A stretch of 35,308 bases of DNA from a virus. Lineage: Duplodnaviria; Caudoviricetes. Positions 35,178 through 35,308 of this stretch are shown here, in pieces; within the stretch, counting starts at the first letter, position 1, and every line of letters begins with the position of its first letter. Under the pieces are notes generated by a model. It saw nothing but the letters and a program-made list of their open reading frames with translations, had not been told where the DNA came from and ran no database searches. The stretch is taken from positions 1 to 35,308 of the IMG/VR virus record IMGVR_UViG_3300025118_000067; one strand, written 5' to 3'. The position numbers and the translations under genes were made by a program.

Positions 35178-35308
35178 TCCTTGATCTCAAAATGCGGGAA
35201 ATCATCAAATCTATTATCCTTCACTTCCCATCTCCCATTCTCCTCATACATATCCCAATTACCACCCCATCTTATCTTAATCCCCATGCTACGAGCAATG
35301 CCAATAAC
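35174..35308 (-). CDS. Endolysin, M15 L-Ala-D-Glu peptidase family (C-terminal part, truncated by the window)
   Basis: Manual translation VIGIARSMGIKIRWGGNWD...RFDDFPHFEIKE* shows the WGGxW and DxPHFE motifs. Confidence 0.88.
   Translation of the reverse strand, partial: VIGIARSMGIKIRWGGNWDMYEENGRWEVKDNRFDDFPHFEIKE

Noticed and set aside
35008-35208. 66-aa minus-strand ORF from the track
   Set aside because: Alternate frame overlapping both the endolysin end and the 533-aa gene.
1-35308. Stop-codon reassignment as in some crAss-like phages
   Set aside because: Genes are full length and tightly packed under the standard code; TAA, TAG and TGA all end genes.

Overview
A 35.3-kb fragment of a tailed dsDNA phage with podovirus-like architecture. 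The protein families resemble those of uncultured marine phages, but habitat and host are inference and cannot be read from the sequence. Positions 1-6032 (+ strand) hold a dense replication/recombination module: short C5 DNA methyltransferase, HNH endonuclease, Cas4-like exonuclease, two SSB-like proteins ending in PF, a PD-(D/E)xK nuclease, an Hjc-like resolvase and small zinc-finger proteins. Positions 6022-35308 (- strand) form one convergent late operon. In transcription order it encodes the C-terminus of an M15 endolysin, a 533-aa repeat protein, portal, scaffold, major capsid, decoration and adaptor proteins, a 1293-aa tail fibre with chaperones, a cluster of tiny membrane, lipoprotein and cationic ORFs, a nozzle, and three ejection proteins. 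I saw no terminase, polymerase, integrase, tRNA, CRISPR array or reverse transcriptase. The main leads are: (1) a [YFML]-[QE]-x-G-[GD] motif repeated in two distant virion proteins; (2) structured intergenic RNAs, including a K-turn-like capsid leader, recurring GGA-loop hairpins and a nested stem with an anti-SD loop; (3) a methyltransferase that needs an ATT start or a frameshift; (4) several uncalled small ORFs in a putative non-canonical lysis cassette. All functional calls come from motif recognition by eye, with no database search.
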